From Oscillospiraceae bacterium (GTDB lineage Bacteria > Bacillota > Clostridia > Oscillospirales > Oscillospiraceae): a DNA stretch of 64,000 nt. The number at the start of each line of letters is the position of its first letter. The first letter of the stretch is position 1. Position numbers and translations under genes: made by a program. Below are positions 38,601-46,939 of the stretch, piece by piece. The stretch is taken from the NCBI GenBank assembly GCA_017437095.1, contig JAFSBW010000071.1, positions 322 through 64,321 on the forward strand, read 5' to 3'. The notes beneath the pieces were generated by a model, which made no database searches, had not been told where the DNA came from, and worked only from the letters and a program-made list of their open reading frames with translations.

Positions 38601-41600
38601 GCCGCCTGCGCCAACGGAGGTAGCGCTGGAGATCACGGGAGCTTCCAGAGGCAGAACATAGTCGTAGGTAAAGTCTGCAGCGGCGTTCTTGTCCTCTTCG
38701 CCCTCACGGCTGATGGTAGCCTTGAAGGTGTACTTGCCGGAAGCGGTGGGCTCGAAGGTGAGGGTGTGCTCGCCCTTTTCAGCGATGGAGCGCTTGGAAG
38801 CGATCTCATTGCCCTCTTCGTCGTACATGGTAACAACTACTTCGTCAGCGCCGTCGTAGCCGACCTCTGCCTTAACGGTAAGCTTTACCTTGCCGTCTTC
38901 GGTGGTAGCGCCGGTAACCTCGGGAGCTGCAACGCTCTCCCAGTCAGCCCGCTCAGGCTTGACGGAAGCGCCGGAGCCTTCCACATTTACCTGCAGCTTG
39001 AACAGGTAGTTGCTGCCCTGAGGCACGCCGATGTAGTAAGTGCCGGCCTCGGGGATGTCCAGAGTGGAGATGTACAGAGAGTTCTTTACGGATTCGTCGG
39101 TGGTTTCAGCAATGATATTGCCCTCTGCATCGTAGATGGCAAAGTTTCTGCCGTCGCCGCCGGATACCCACCAGATCTTGGCAGTACCCTTATTTTCGGT
39201 GGTGAACATGACGGAGTTGATCATATCCTTGGTAGGATCGGTCTTGCCGCCGAAGTTCAGCCGCTGAGAAGCAGCATAGCCGTCTTCAAATTCCTTGCCG
39301 GAAGCATCTACCTTGTTCTTGGCAGAGTGAACAACATTGAAGAAATCCTTAACGGTGGTGATATCGCCGTCAGCCTTGTCGCCCTGAGCGAAAGCGGTCA
39401 GGTCGGTAGTGGTATCCAGAACGAACTCCTGAGCGGGAGTGCCGGTAGCAGCAGCTTCCTCGGTGATCTCCAGCTTGAACAGGTAGTTGCTGCCCTGGGG
39501 CACGCCGATGTAGTAAGTGCCGGCCTCGGGGATGTCCAGAGTGGAGATGTACAGAGAGTTCTTTACGGATTCGTCGGTAGTTTCAACGATGATGTTGCCC
39601 GCATTGTCGTACAGAGCAAAGTTTCTGCCGTCGCCGCCGGATACCCACCAGATCTTGGCAGTACCCTTATTCTCGGTGGTGAACTTGATGGCGTTGATCA
39701 TATCCTTGGAAGGATCGGTCTTGCCGCCGAAGTTCAGGCGCTGAGAAGCGGTGTAAGCATCTTCAAAGGTCTTGTTGGAGCCGTCTACCTTGTTCTTTGC
39801 GGAGTGGATAACATCGAAATAATCATGCACGGTGGTGATATCGCCGTCAGCCTTGTCGCCCTGGGCAAAAGCGGTCAGGTCGGCAGTGGCATCCAGGATG
39901 GTCACCTTGGGCTCGGAAGCGATAGGTGCATGCTCGGTAACCTCCATCTTGAACAGATAGTTGCTGCCGGTGGGCAGGCCCAGATAGTAAGTGCCGGCCT
40001 CGGTAAGCTCAATAGTGGAGATGTACAGAGAGTTCTTTACGGATTCGTCGGTAGTTTCGGTAACAAGATTGCCGTCAGAATCATAGATGGCAAAGTTTCT
40101 GCCGTCGCCGCCGGATACCCACCAGAGTTTAACGGTAGCAGGATTCTCAGCCTTGAACATGACGGAGTTGATCATGCCGGCAGCAGGATCGGTCTTGCCG
40201 CCAAAGTTCAGGCGCTGAGAAGCGGTGTAAGCATCGTCAAAGGTCTTGTTGGAGCCGTCTACCTTGTTCTTTGCGGAGTGGATAATGTTGAAATAATCCT
40301 TAACGGTGGTAATATCGCCGTCAGCCTTGTCGCCCTGGGCAAAGGCAGTCAGATCCAGGGTAGTATCCAGCACGAAGGTAGTATCCTCGGTGGGAACATC
40401 GGGCTCGTCGGGTTCTTCCTCTACGGGCTTGTTGTCAACCTTCTCGGTGGGAACTTCGATGGTCATATCCTTGCCTGCGAAGGGATCCCATTCGCCAAAC
40501 CAGGTCTCAACGCTGATGAGCTCGCCGTTGGCCAGCTCGGGAGTTGCGAATACCTGGGCCCAGGATACACGGTTGGCAGAGTTGTCAACATCCTTGGCGT
40601 ACTCATAGGTGCCATACTCGCCGCACAGAGCAGACTGGCCGCTCAGGCTGCTGTTCCAGCCGTCAGCGCTGATGAGGGAAGCGCCGGAGCTGTACCAATG
40701 CTCGCAGGTAGCATCGATGATGGAGCAGTAGAATACGGCTTCGCCGGAGTCAGCAGCCCAGGGGCGGCCAAAGTCGCCGGGCTTGGAGGGATACTTGGAA
40801 GCGGTATCTACGCCGGGGGTAGTAGAAGTGATGTGGCAGTTGTACATCAGCAGGCCGTGCTTGCCGGCATCGGTCTGAGGAGCGGTAATGTAGCCCTTGT
40901 CGTTGCCGTCTTCGCTGGTGTTGAACACCAGGTCACACTTGGCAAACACAGCGGTCATGCCGCCGAAGATGTAGTCGCAAGCGCCGTAAATGGAGCAATC
41001 GTAGAAGGCAACGGTAGAGCCCTTGCCGCCGTACAGAGTATCCTGACGGCCGATGAACTTACAGTTGTCGAATACGACCTTCTCGCAGTTGTTGCCGATG
41101 GCAAGAGCCGCGGCTCTTTCTACATACTTCTTATCCTGCACAGCAGTGCTGCCCTGGGGCAGGTCTGCTCTGGGGGTAGAGCCTTCCTTGGCGCCGCCAT
41201 TGTTCACAATGACATCCTCAGAAGCCTTCTTGGAGATGTACTGGTTGAAGGAATTCTCGAAGATAATGCCTTCAGCCTGGAAGCCGCCGGCCAGAACCGT
41301 AACGGTAGCGTTCCAGTAGCTGCCGCGGGTAGTGCCGGAGCCGGGGTTGGTGGAGGAGGCGTAGCCGTTCTCCTTGTTCACAGCCAGAACTTCAGCATTC
41401 CACTTGCAGTTTTCGTCCATGGAGTAGTAATCGTAGCCATGGCCGTAGTAGTGGGTAATACGCACAGCGTTAGCAGCAATGCCCACGCCCTCGTTGGTCA
41501 GCGCAAGGCTGGGGCTGGAGCTGGCGTTCTTCAGGGTAACATTGGGAACATCGATAACCAGCTGCTCTTCATAATCGCCGGGCTGGATCTCGATGGTAAC

Positions 41601-44600
41601 GCGCTGGCTGCCGGTGCGGTCCATAGCGCGAACTGCATCCAGAGCATCGGAAATGGTGGTGTAGTCGCAGCCGGAAGCGCCAACGGTCAGGGTGTCCTTA
41701 TAGGCAACGGAGGGGATGATCTCGATCTTCTTAATGTAAGAAGTAAAGGAGTTGCCGGCAGTAATGGTTACAGTGCCGGCAGCGCCGGTGTAGCTGTAGG
41801 TCAGGTCGATATCACCAGAGTTGGTGTTATCGGAGTAGTTGGTGCCATCGGGGAAGGAAATTTCCCAGTTGTAGCCAACGCTTACCTTAACCTGGCAGGG
41901 GCCGGATACGGGAACGGTAACAGAGCCATTCTTAATGCTCATGCCGTACTGGGCGCTGTGGCGCTTGCCGCCAACGATCTCAGCGCCGTTGTAGGGGGTC
42001 TGGCCGGTGTAGTCTTCCGGACGGAAGTCCCACTCGGTAATGTTGCCGTCGAAGGGAATGGTCTTGGTAACATCAGCGGCCGCTACCTTCAGGTTGGAGG
42101 TCAGCTTCTGCACATAGATGCCGGAATCGGTAACCTTAACGGAGTAGGTACCGTCACGCAGAGCGATGGCATCGGGGCCGGTAAAGGTATATACATAGCC
42201 TTCCTCGTCCAGGTTGGTGAAGGTGAAGGTTGCGCTGGCCAGGTCAGCCAGAGTGCAGCCCTCGGGAGCGATGGTGATCTTGTAGGTGGGCTTTGCGGCA
42301 AATACGATATCGGCAGCAGCGTCAGCATCGTAGGAAACGGATGCGGCGCTGGTCAGCTCAAAGTCGTTAATGCCTTCGGCCACTACGCTATAGGTAACGC
42401 CCTTTTCCAGCTGAACGGTGTAAGCGGTGCCGGTAACGGTCAGCTCAGGAATATAAATGGCATCGGACTGGAAGCTCAGGGCCAGCTTAGCCAGAGCAGC
42501 CTCGTCCAGGCCGGTGATGTTGCCGGATACGGTAACCAGATCCACAGCGATCACGGTTACATCCAGAGTAGCGGAGGCAGCGCCGGCAGCAATGGCCAGC
42601 TCCTTGCCGTTGGTGATCACATAGCCATTGGCGTCCTTCAGGGACACAGCGTAGGAATAACCCTCACGCAGGCTGGTGGCGTAAGCACCGCCGGAAACGG
42701 GAGCTTCGGTAACGGCGCCGGACTCGTTGCAGGTAAATACCAGGCTGTAGCCGGTAAGCTCAGCAGGAGCGGTGACATTGCCGGTTACGGGAACTTCCTT
42801 GGTATGCTGGCGGGTCACCCGGGCGACCTGCAGCTTGTTGTTGGTGCAGTAGAACTTGTAAACACCTTCGCCTGCAGCGTAGAAGGTAAGCACATGGCCG
42901 TGCTTGTCGCCGCTGTTGTCAACGGTAGCTTCGGTCTTGGTGCCGTCGGGGCCTTCAAATACGAAGGTGGTAGAGCCGGCATTACCGGCGCCTGCCACAA
43001 AGGTCAGGATGTCGCCAGCCTTGGCCTTGACCTGAACCTGAACGCCGGTATTGCTGCCGGAGTTGGAGTACAGGAAGCCGTTGTAGGTAACGCCGTTGTC
43101 ATCGGTCAGATACTTGCCGCTGGAGTGAGCGGTAAGGCCTTCGATGGCTTCTTTCACTCTCAGGCGGTGATTGGTCTTGCCGCCGCCAACGAAAGCAAAG
43201 TCGCCGCCGTCGATGGACCAGTCGCCCATGGTGTTGCCGCTGTTAACAACGCCGGCAGAGCCGATAGAGCCGTTGACATAGAAATTGTCGTTGGCCTTCT
43301 CGACGGTGATCAGGTTGTTATACTTTTCGGCATCGAAGGTTTCAAAGCCAAAGTCCCAAATGTCGATCTTGTCGGTTTCGGTGTCATCGGGAGTATCGGG
43401 CTCGGAAGCAGCCAGAGCAACCTCCAGCTTGAACAGGTAGTTGCTGCCCTCGGGCAGGCCCAGATAGTAGGTGCCAGCCTCGGCCAGCTCGAAGGTATCG
43501 ATGTACAGAGCATTCTTAACAGAATCCGCAGCGGTGGTAGCCTGGGAAACTGCGCCTGCAGCATCGTAGATGGCCATGGTACGGCTGTCGCCGCCGGATA
43601 CCCACCAAACCTTCACAGTAGCGGCAGCGCCGGTAGTGAACTTGATGGCATTGAGCATGCCGTCGGTATTGGTCTTACCGCCGAAGCTCAGCCGCTGGGT
43701 AGCGGTATAGCCGTCGGAGAACTCCTTGCTGGAGCCGTCTACCTTATTCTTGGCAGAATAGTTTACGGTAAAGAACTTGTGGAACACCTCGGTGTCGCCG
43801 TCAGCCTTAGCGCCCTGGGCCATTTCTGCCATGTCGGCAGTTACATCCAGAACATAAGTGCCGGAGGTAGGCACGATGGGCTCTTCCGCGCCGGGGGCTT
43901 CGGTAGTAGCAGGCGCCTCGGTAGTGGTGGCGGGAGCCTCGGTAGTAGTAGCAGGGGCCTCAGTAGTAGTAGCGGGAGCGGCGGTAGTGGTAACGGGGTC
44001 GCTGGCGCCGTATACTACGGTGATCTTGTGCAGGCGGGCATTGCGCTCGGTTTCGGGGCAGGAGGCCTTGTAGGTGCCGGCGCTCAGGCCCTTGTAGGTA
44101 AGCACGGTGTCGCCGGTGCCGGTAACACTGGTAATGCCTTCCTGGTTGGTCAGCTCATTGCCGGAGCCATCCAGCAGAGCCACAGCGGAGGTATTGCTGC
44201 CGCCGGTGGAGCTGAATACAACGGTAACATCAGCAGTGCCGGTAAGGGTAAAGCTGATGGCGCCGCCGTTCTTCTTTGCCAGCTCGACACAGTAAACAGC
44301 ATCGCTCTTCACGCGCTGGGTAACCGTGCCTACTACGGTAAAGAAGCCGTCGGTATAAGTAGTGCCGGCAGCGATGGCTTCTTTGTCTGCGCCCAGGGTG
44401 ACCTGGGTGTCAGGATCAAACACATAAGTGCCGGAGCCGGAAGAGCCGGGATCGTCAGGCTCTTCTTCAATGCCGTCGTCCACAATAACTTCCACCCTGG
44501 CGATGGCAGCATTGGCATCAGCACTTGCGATATAGTAAGTGCCGGCAGGGACGGGATTGGCATAGGTGCTGTTAACAGTACCGCCGGCAACAGCGGAAGT

Positions 44601-44999
44601 GTTCATCAGCATGGTCAGGAAGCTGCCATCTGCCTTATAAACGGTCAGAATAGCATCATCGGTTTTCTTAACCCAAGTGGCCTTCAGGGTAGCTGTAGAG
44701 CCTTCGGGTACGGTGAATCTGATGGCGTTGCCGCTGGTGCTTCCGTTGGCACCAAAGTCGATCTTGCCATCGGCGACGCTGGAGCTGGCGCTCCAAAGCA
44801 GGTCGAAGAAACCGTCAGCGCTGGTTTCCACAGTGCCGTCGGCCTTTGCGCCTGCGCTAAAGCTTGCCAGAGCAGAAGCGTCCAGAGTGTAGGTCTTGGC
44901 TACAGCGTTGATCTGCATGGGGCTGAAAGGCACCATGACCAGAACCATGACAAACGCCATGACTGCAGCAAGCACTCTGCATGAGGGCTTAGTTTTCAT
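35673..44999 (-). CDS. Giant cell-wall-anchored multimodular pectinase: CE8 pectin methylesterase + PL9 pectate lyase (~3108 aa)
   Basis: Signal peptide; CE8 motifs PGDYEE, GRQDTLY, GACDYIFG, FGRPW (~40490-41700); FN3 (~38420-38650); PL9 motifs DADGFAAK, NADDGWDLY, GNGNGFKMGG (~36050-37205); NPGTG + TM + RKREF sorting signal; GGAGGAG SD. Confidence 0.92.
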   Translation of the reverse strand: MKTKPSCRVLAAVMAFVMVLVMVPFSPMQINAVAKTYTLDASALASFSAGAKADGTVETSADGFFDLLWSASSSVADGKIDFGANGSTSGNAIRFTVPEGSTATLKATWVKKTDDAILTVYKADGSFLTMLMNTSAVAGGTVNSTYANPVPAGTYYIASADANAAIARVEVIVDDGIEEEPDDPGSSGSGTYVFDPDTQVTLGADKEAIAAGTTYTDGFFTVVGTVTQRVKSDAVYCVELAKKNGGAISFTLTGTADVTVVFSSTGGSNTSAVALLDGSGNELTNQEGITSVTGTGDTVLTYKGLSAGTYKASCPETERNARLHKITVVYGASDPVTTTAAPATTTEAPATTTEAPATTTEAPATTEAPGAEEPIVPTSGTYVLDVTADMAEMAQGAKADGDTEVFHKFFTVNYSAKNKVDGSSKEFSDGYTATQRLSFGGKTNTDGMLNAIKFTTGAAATVKVWWVSGGDSRTMAIYDAAGAVSQATTAADSVKNALYIDTFELAEAGTYYLGLPEGSNYLFKLEVALAASEPDTPDDTETDKIDIWDFGFETFDAEKYNNLITVEKANDNFYVNGSIGSAGVVNSGNTMGDWSIDGGDFAFVGGGKTNHRLRVKEAIEGLTAHSSGKYLTDDNGVTYNGFLYSNSGSNTGVQVQVKAKAGDILTFVAGAGNAGSTTFVFEGPDGTKTEATVDNSGDKHGHVLTFYAAGEGVYKFYCTNNKLQVARVTRQHTKEVPVTGNVTAPAELTGYSLVFTCNESGAVTEAPVSGGAYATSLREGYSYAVSLKDANGYVITNGKELAIAAGAASATLDVTVIAVDLVTVSGNITGLDEAALAKLALSFQSDAIYIPELTVTGTAYTVQLEKGVTYSVVAEGINDFELTSAASVSYDADAAADIVFAAKPTYKITIAPEGCTLADLASATFTFTNLDEEGYVYTFTGPDAIALRDGTYSVKVTDSGIYVQKLTSNLKVAAADVTKTIPFDGNITEWDFRPEDYTGQTPYNGAEIVGGKRHSAQYGMSIKNGSVTVPVSGPCQVKVSVGYNWEISFPDGTNYSDNTNSGDIDLTYSYTGAAGTVTITAGNSFTSYIKKIEIIPSVAYKDTLTVGASGCDYTTISDALDAVRAMDRTGSQRVTIEIQPGDYEEQLVIDVPNVTLKNASSSPSLALTNEGVGIAANAVRITHYYGHGYDYYSMDENCKWNAEVLAVNKENGYASSTNPGSGTTRGSYWNATVTVLAGGFQAEGIIFENSFNQYISKKASEDVIVNNGGAKEGSTPRADLPQGSTAVQDKKYVERAAALAIGNNCEKVVFDNCKFIGRQDTLYGGKGSTVAFYDCSIYGACDYIFGGMTAVFAKCDLVFNTSEDGNDKGYITAPQTDAGKHGLLMYNCHITSTTPGVDTASKYPSKPGDFGRPWAADSGEAVFYCSIIDATCEHWYSSGASLISADGWNSSLSGQSALCGEYGTYEYAKDVDNSANRVSWAQVFATPELANGELISVETWFGEWDPFAGKDMTIEVPTEKVDNKPVEEEPDEPDVPTEDTTFVLDTTLDLTAFAQGDKADGDITTVKDYFNIIHSAKNKVDGSNKTFDDAYTASQRLNFGGKTDPAAGMINSVMFKAENPATVKLWWVSGGDGRNFAIYDSDGNLVTETTDESVKNSLYISTIELTEAGTYYLGLPTGSNYLFKMEVTEHAPIASEPKVTILDATADLTAFAQGDKADGDITTVHDYFDVIHSAKNKVDGSNKTFEDAYTASQRLNFGGKTDPSKDMINAIKFTTENKGTAKIWWVSGGDGRNFALYDNAGNIIVETTDESVKNSLYISTLDIPEAGTYYIGVPQGSNYLFKLEITEEAAATGTPAQEFVLDTTTDLTAFAQGDKADGDITTVKDFFNVVHSAKNKVDASGKEFEDGYAASQRLNFGGKTDPTKDMINSVMFTTENKGTAKIWWVSGGDGRNFAIYDAEGNIIAETTDESVKNSLYISTLDIPEAGTYYIGVPQGSNYLFKLQVNVEGSGASVKPERADWESVAAPEVTGATTEDGKVKLTVKAEVGYDGADEVVVTMYDEEGNEIASKRSIAEKGEHTLTFEPTASGKYTFKATISREGEEDKNAAADFTYDYVLPLEAPVISSATSVGAGGVEVVWNAAQEAESYNVYVDGVLAGNTTELKYTATGLTVGTKYSFTVEAVRGEDKAMSEAMTATATEKAQRVWSTTIYGPSTSTSTNGVVGDMNEDGVVTVYSEGGKGKLQYKDSDGLTYYYTAIPEDKNFTFRVKVHVDSWSYSNGQEGFGIMATDRVAPNGVATWWSNQYMAMLSKVEYKYDHATGEIFHTDVAADIGVKYNLRLGVGTTAKVGITPENLSKIESNDSATILSVANGVTYPLDISIAEKNEKGNYNVVGNCTDPSKLDTAGLITIKEDTDFILEIQRNNTGYFITYYDADGNIIGQQKNYDPKALSQLDTENVYVGFFAARNARATFTIEELSTIDPSEDAPAEEIPVTYITPTISAVSATHASVPEYTLSLLSNVSGTVKILMHQTYIYEAIPIEAGVRLDIPVELPYLAEVDFRFWMTPDPDQDLGENTELASTNVAKADLQVTYNSRFRDKDVIYVAPKYGHPANAGTKKYPLDLKTALNVVRPGQTIILMEGTYKLKDTMTIDNSINGTAEQPIRLIPDPDATTRPVLDFQGIGGGLVASGDYWYFEGFDVTNSLNGKPGFHLSGSNCVIENVNAYHNGNSGIQLSRAKGTDLPSEWPSNNLILNCTSYGNADAGYEDADGFAAKLTCGPGNVFDGCVAHHNADDGWDLYAKVDTGPIGAVTIKNCVAYSNGYLEDGTNAGNGNGFKMGGSNVPGAHKLINSYAFFNKAKGIDSNSGPNIIVENCTTYNNESYNVAFYTNINQNTDFQATGIISFKDDTVKSGYNTYDNLKPRGNQDTSKFMGDTNYYWLENGSANTAGQTVTAEDFISTEFKGVERNEDGTINLQGFLEKSPNSQIPGGAEPSGTPSVDPDDPDQPGETTPGGDQPGETTPGGETPSETTPGGETPSETTPGGETPSETTPGGGIGGDGGETTPGEEEPEDPSNPGTGDSFNGMLWLAVMLLAGMALVAVPMVIRKREF
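35800..35995 (-). repeat. 30-bp coding tandem repeat (GGETPSETTP-type stalk)
   Basis: Repeated CCGCCGGGAGTGGTCTCGC units just upstream of the sorting signal. Confidence 0.9.
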
Positions 45000-45070
45000 G
45001 TCATCTCCTCCAATTCTTTGAAATATCGCCTTACAAATGATCCTAGTACGGCTAATATTTACCAACTATA

Positions 45071-45099
45071 ATAATACGCCATTTTTGTCAAACTGTCAA
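45071..45099 (-). promoter_or_regulatory. sigmaA promoter of the giant pectinase
   Basis: TTGACA-17 bp-TATTAT, with a second TTGACA 8 bp downstream. Confidence 0.6.
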
Positions 45100-45186
45100 C
45101 AAAAATCATACGGCAAATTATGCATTTTTATATGGAAATATCAAAATAGCGGGAGCGGCACCGCCGCTCCCGCACTATATATAGGG

Positions 45187-45567
45187 CTAATCCTGGGCGC
45201 CCTGCACCTCCAGCAGCTCCACAACTGCCTGCCCCCTTTGGGTAAGGGCCATACTGCCCCGGCAGGGGTAGCCGGAATAGGCGGCGTAATCAAAGCCTTT
45301 CAGCTCAGATCGGTAGTCCAGATCGATAAGCGCCTTCTTTTCCAGCAGCGCCAGCGCCTGGGAAACTTGGGGAATATGGGCCAGCTCCTCCTCCAGGCAA
45401 ACCGCGTCCATGGTATCTGCCTTGCGGGCCGCAGGCAAAAAGGCCACCTGCTCCAGCACCCGCAAAACGGCGATCTCCTCTCCGCTCAGCACCAGGCTGC
45501 TGCCGCAGCCGCTGCACCCGCCGCAATTTCCGCTGCAGCCGGTGCAGGAAGCGCAATTTTTATCCAT
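45187..45567 (-). CDS. Small protein with six-Cys N-terminus and winged-helix-like body
   Basis: GGGGAGGA SD; MDKNCASCTGCSGNCGGCSGCG; LSGEEIAVL..LEKKALI..LTQRGQ. Confidence 0.8.
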   Translation of the reverse strand: MDKNCASCTGCSGNCGGCSGCGSSLVLSGEEIAVLRVLEQVAFLPAARKADTMDAVCLEEELAHIPQVSQALALLEKKALIDLDYRSELKGFDYAAYSGYPCRGSMALTQRGQAVVELLEVQGAQD

Positions 45568-45706
45568 AGCTCATTCCTCCCCCATATAGCCGGCGCTTAA
45601 AAAGCTCCGAAAGCGCCTACATTATAATATACAATTCCCCGCCCCGGTGTCAACTATGTATATTTTGCCCAGGTTTGCCCATATCCTAAAACGGGAAGGT
45701 GATACT

Positions 45707-46180
45707 ATGAAAATCGATTGGAAAAAGCTGCTGCTTTGCCTGGCGATACCCCTGGGCGTTGGCGCGCTGGCAGCGCTGCTCAGCCGCTCCGGCATGGATG
45801 CCTACAAAGCTTACGAAAAACCGCCCCTCTCTCCCCCGGGCTGGCTGTTCCCGGTGGTGTGGACGGCGCTGTACGCCCTTATGGGCTGGGCAAGCTACCT
45901 GATCCTCCAGGAAAACGCCGGAAAAGCCGAAACGCAAAAGGCCCTCACCCTTTACGCCGTGCAGCTGGCGCTGAATTTTCTTTGGCCGCTGGTTTTCTTC
46001 CAGGCAGAAAAATGGTTGGCGGCGTTTTTCCTGTTGATCGCTCTGTGGGCGGCGATATTCCTGACCATTCGAGCCTTCAGCAAAATCAAAGAATCTGCCG
46101 GAGATCTGCTGCTCCCCTACCTGCTGTGGGTCAGCTTCGCAGGGTATTTAAATCTGGGGATTTACCTGCTGAACGGCTAG
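45707..46180 (+). CDS. tspO: TspO/MBR family membrane protein
   Basis: KPPLSPPGWLFPVVWTALY, QLALNFLW, LLPYLLWVSFAGYLN. Confidence 0.95.
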   Translation: MKIDWKKLLLCLAIPLGVGALAALLSRSGMDAYKAYEKPPLSPPGWLFPVVWTALYALMGWASYLILQENAGKAETQKALTLYAVQLALNFLWPLVFFQAEKWLAAFFLLIALWAAIFLTIRAFSKIKESAGDLLLPYLLWVSFAGYLNLGIYLLNG

Positions 46181-46206
46181 ACATTTTTGCCGTTTTGTGG
46201 TATAAT
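46178..46206 (+). promoter_or_regulatory. sigmaA promoter of rubrerythrin
   Basis: TAGACA-17 bp-TATAAT with an extended TG, overlapping the tspO stop. Confidence 0.65.
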
Positions 46207-46241
46207 AAAGCTATCCAAAATTTATATACGGAGGTTTTACC

Positions 46242-46781
46242 ATGGCTAACAAATACGCAGGCACCAAGACCGAGCAGAATCTGCTGGCTGCTTTCGCCGG
46301 CGAATCCGGCGCCCGCAACAAGTACACCTATTTTGCTTCCAAGGCAAAGAAGGAGGGCTTTGAGCAGATCAGCGCCCTGTTCCTCAGGACCGCCGACAAC
46401 GAAAAGGAACACGCCAAAATGTGGCTGAAGGAGCTAAACGGCATCGGCAGCACCGCCGAAAACCTGCTCCATGCCGCCGAGGGCGAAAACTACGAATGGA
46501 CGGATATGTACGATGGCTTTGCCAAGACCGCCGAGGAAGAAGGCTTCCTGGAGCTGGCCGCCAAGTTCCGCCTGGTAGCCGCCATCGAAAAGCACCACGA
46601 GGAGCGCTACCGCGCGCTGCTGAAGAATGTGGAAACCGCCCAGGTGTTTGAAAAGAGCGAGGTTAAGGTTTGGGAATGCCGCAACTGCGGCCATATCGTG
46701 GTAGGCACCGCCGCCCCCGAGATCTGCCCCACCTGCGACCACCCCAAGGCCTATTTCGAAGTCCACGCCGAGAACTACTAA
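46242..46781 (+). CDS. rbr: Rubrerythrin
   Basis: [37 protein letters not shown]...CPTCDHP. Confidence 0.97.
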   Translation: MANKYAGTKTEQNLLAAFAGESGARNKYTYFASKAKKEGFEQISALFLRTADNEKEHAKMWLKELNGIGSTAENLLHAAEGENYEWTDMYDGFAKTAEEEGFLELAAKFRLVAAIEKHHEERYRALLKNVETAQVFEKSEVKVWECRNCGHIVVGTAAPEICPTCDHPKAYFEVHAENY

Positions 46782-46789
46782 GCTATATC

Positions 46790-46917
46790 AAAAGGGGTGT
46801 CTCAAAAAGAATGAGACACCCCAAAAAATCGCCATTTTTGTTGTAGGGGGCGGCCTGTGCCGCCCCCGATTTGTTTTGCATACATTTTCCCGGAATGGCA
46901 CATAGGCCATTCCCTAC
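46790..46917. repeat. Composite element: GGGGTGTCTCA/TGAGACACCCC hairpin plus GTAG REP doublet (copy 2)
   Basis: Inverted near-copy of 30787-30925; lies between convergent genes. Confidence 0.82.
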
Positions 46918-46939
46918 ATACTCGTTTTCCGGCTAGCTT

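Noticed and set aside
36465-44984. 2839-aa plus-strand ORF
   Set aside because: Antisense shadow of the giant pectinase; biased codon usage in a GC-rich gene removes stops on the opposite strand; no motifs or SD.
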